NCBI GenBank assembly: GCA_008632985.1 | Contig: QPGO01000001.1 | Span: forward strand, 1,086,404 to 1,150,403 | Source of the DNA: Psammoneis japonica | Taxonomy: Eukaryota | DNA length: 64,000 bases | Reading direction: 5' to 3' | Shown: piece after piece, positions 61,901-64,000 of the stretch | Numbering within the stretch: the first letter of the stretch is position 1 | How the letters are laid out: every line of letters starts with the position of its first letter | Position numbers and translations under genes: made by a program | Notes under the pieces: generated by a model | Seen by the model: only the letters and a program-made list of their open reading frames with translations | Database searches by the model: none | What the model was told of the DNA's origin: nothing

Positions 61901-64000
61901 TGACACAGTGACCAATGGCTACGATGGATTGGACATCGATAAGGGAAAGAACGTCACGTGGAAATACACAGTACCAATGGAGGCAACTTTGAACTGTCAA
62001 ACGTTACGGTAGAAGACAGCGTAAGGGGTGCGATCACCAACCTGGTTTCGGGAGATTCAGACAATGACGGAAAGCTTGATTTGGATGAAACGTGGATCTT
62101 CGAGGACTACGGATCGCACAAGTCGGTGTCTACAATAACACCGGATCGACCGAGGCTACAGCGAATGGAAAGAAGGTTGACGATTCCGACCCCACATCTT
62201 ATTACGGCGTGAACGCGTCCATCGGCATTGACACAGTCACTAACGGCCAAGACGGGCCTAACATCAATGTGGGAGAACCCGTCACCTGGACTTATACTGT
62301 CAAAAACCTGGGCAACGAGCCTCTCACCAATATCACGGTACGGGACAGCGAGGGAGGACCGGTTACCAACCTCCTCCGTGGCGATTCAAACGGGGACGGA
62401 ACTTGGATCCGACCGAAACTTGGGTGTACGAGCTACGGCACCGCCGATGAGGGAGTGTACAACAACACTGGATCGACGTCGGCCCTGTCCAACGGTCAGC
62501 CTGTGAATGCAACGGACCCCACGTCTTACTTTGGCGTGAATGCATCGATCTTGATTGACACAGTGACCAATGGCTACGATGGATTGGACATCGATAAGGG
62601 AAAGAACGTCACGTGGAAATACACAGTGACCAATGGAGGCAACTTTGAACTGTCAAACGTTACGGTAGAAGACAGCGTAAGGGGTGCGATCACCAACCTG
62701 GTTTCGGGAGATTCAGACAATGACGGAAAGCTTGATTTGGATGAAACGTGGATCTTCGAGGACTACGGGATCGCACAAGTCGGCGTCTACAACAACACCG
62801 GATCGACCGAGGCTACAGCGAATGGAAAGAAGGTTGACGATTCCGACCCCACATCTTATTACGGCGTGAACGGGTCCATCGGCATTGACACAGTCACTAA
62901 CGGCCAAGACGGGCCTAACATCAATGTGGGAGAACCCGTCACCTGGACTTATACTGTCAAAAACCTGGGCAACGAGCCTCTCACCAATATCACGGTACGG
63001 GACAGCAGGGAGGACCGGTTACCAACCTCCTCCGTGGCGATTCAAACGGGGACGGAAACTTGGATCCGACCGAAACTTGGGTGTACGAAGCATACGGCAT
63101 CGCCGATGAGGGAGTGTACAACAACACTGGATCGACGTCGGCCCTGTCCAACGGTCAGCCTGTGAATGCAACGGACCCCACGTCTTACTTTGGCGTGAAT
63201 GCATCGATCTTGATTGACACAGTGACCAATGGCTACGATGGATTGGACATCGATAAGGGAAAGAACGTCACGTGGAAATACACAGTAACCAATGGAGGCA
63301 ACTTTGAACTGTCAAACGTTACGGTAGAAGACAGCGTAAGGGGTGCGATCACCAACCTGGTTTCGGGAGATTCAGACAATGACGGAAAGCTTGATTTGGA
63401 TGAAACGTGGATCTTCGAGGACAACGGAATCGCACAAGTCGGTGTCTACAATAACACCGGATCGACCGAGGCTACAGCGAATGGAAAGAAGGTTGACGAT
63501 TCCGACCCCACATCTTATTACGGCGTGAACGCGTCCATCGGCATTGACACAGTCACTAACGGCCAAGACGGGCCTAACATCAATGTGGGAGAACCCGTCA
63601 CCTGGACTTATACTGTCAAAAACCTGGGCAACGAGCCTCTCACCAATATCACGGTACGGGACAGCGAGGGAGGACCGGTTACCAACCTCCTCCGTGGCGA
63701 TTCAAACGGGGACGGAAACTTGGATCCGACCGAAACTTGGGTGTACGAGGCCTACGGCACCGCCGATGAGGGAGTGTACAACAACACTGGATCGACGTCG
63801 GCCCTGTCCAACGGTCAGCCTGTGAATGCAACGGACCCCACGTCTTACTTTGGCGTGAATGCATCGATCTTGATTGACACAGTGACCAATGGCTACGATG
63901 GATTGGACATCGATAAGGGAAAGAACGTCACGTGGAAATACACAGTAACCAATGGAGGCAACTTTGAACTGTCAAACGTTACGGTAGAAGACAGCGTAAG
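52959..64000 (+). CDS. Giant secreted adhesin/mucin-like protein, 3'-incomplete; exons 52959-53045, 53120-53227, 53331-54323, 54405-54636, 54728-54736, 54825-54891, 54970-55148, 55237-55296, 55402->64000
   Basis: Signal peptide MKVLSCALPFLCLCLSETSVQA and RRRLQ motif; eight phase-consistent GT-AG introns; DUF11-like GDTVQYTIRITNTG; about 650 aa of PSxxPS; repeated ~110-aa Ig-like (DUF11/DUF7507-type) domains. Frameshifts after about 61973. Confidence 0.85.
56290..58255 (+). repeat. Pro/Ser/Thr/Ala tetrapeptide (PSxx) mucin-like repeat with higher-order 318-bp duplications
   Basis: PSDAPSQSPSSAPSAMPSDDPAGFPSTT blocks recur; 56827 and 57145 are offset by 318 bp. Confidence 0.95.
58258..64000 (+). 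repeat. 330-bp coding domain repeats: one divergent unit, then alternating A/B units (660-bp period), 8 AB pairs plus a partial A
   Basis: A = ASILIDTVTNGYDG...GDSDNDGKLDLDETW; B = ASIGIDTVTNGQDG...GDSNGDGNLDPTETW; copies are nearly identical at the DNA level. Confidence 0.97.

Noticed and set aside
61970..63010. Premature end or phase variation of the adhesin
   Set aside because: Scattered 1-2 nt deletions (about 61973, 62112, 62400, 62432, 63007) in near-identical repeats are typical of poorly polished assembly.

Overview
Eukaryotic genomic DNA, most likely from a pennate diatom. This is inferred from CoDi-like Copia elements, short GT-AG introns and an RRLQ-propeptide PSxxPS secreted protein. 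Four gene islands alternate with sharply bounded transposon-derived blocks. The islands hold Rab18 plus convergent RWDD1/Gir2, an acidic-repeat ankyrin-like gene, a GT49/LARGE-like glycosyltransferase, and a giant multi-exon adhesin-like gene running off the window end. The blocks hold a full-length Gypsy, an internally deleted Copia, an old Copia with a younger Copia nested in it, gag relics and an ISWI pseudogene fragment. The main signal is that the blocks have lost TpA as well as CpG. LTR-pair comparisons and conserved Tyr codons show directional, both-strand TpA->TpG/CpA hypermutation (Tyr->Cys/His). In the youngest element it outpaces CpG decay: 9 of 15 TpA versus 1 of about 21 CpG lost between its two LTRs. 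It spares genes, gene-adjacent LTRs and near-identical coding tandem repeats. This looks like a RIP-analogous but chemically opposite (A:T->G:C) genome-defence mutator. I know of no description of it but cannot check the literature. Several 1-nt indels in conserved genes are probably assembly errors. All counts are by hand.
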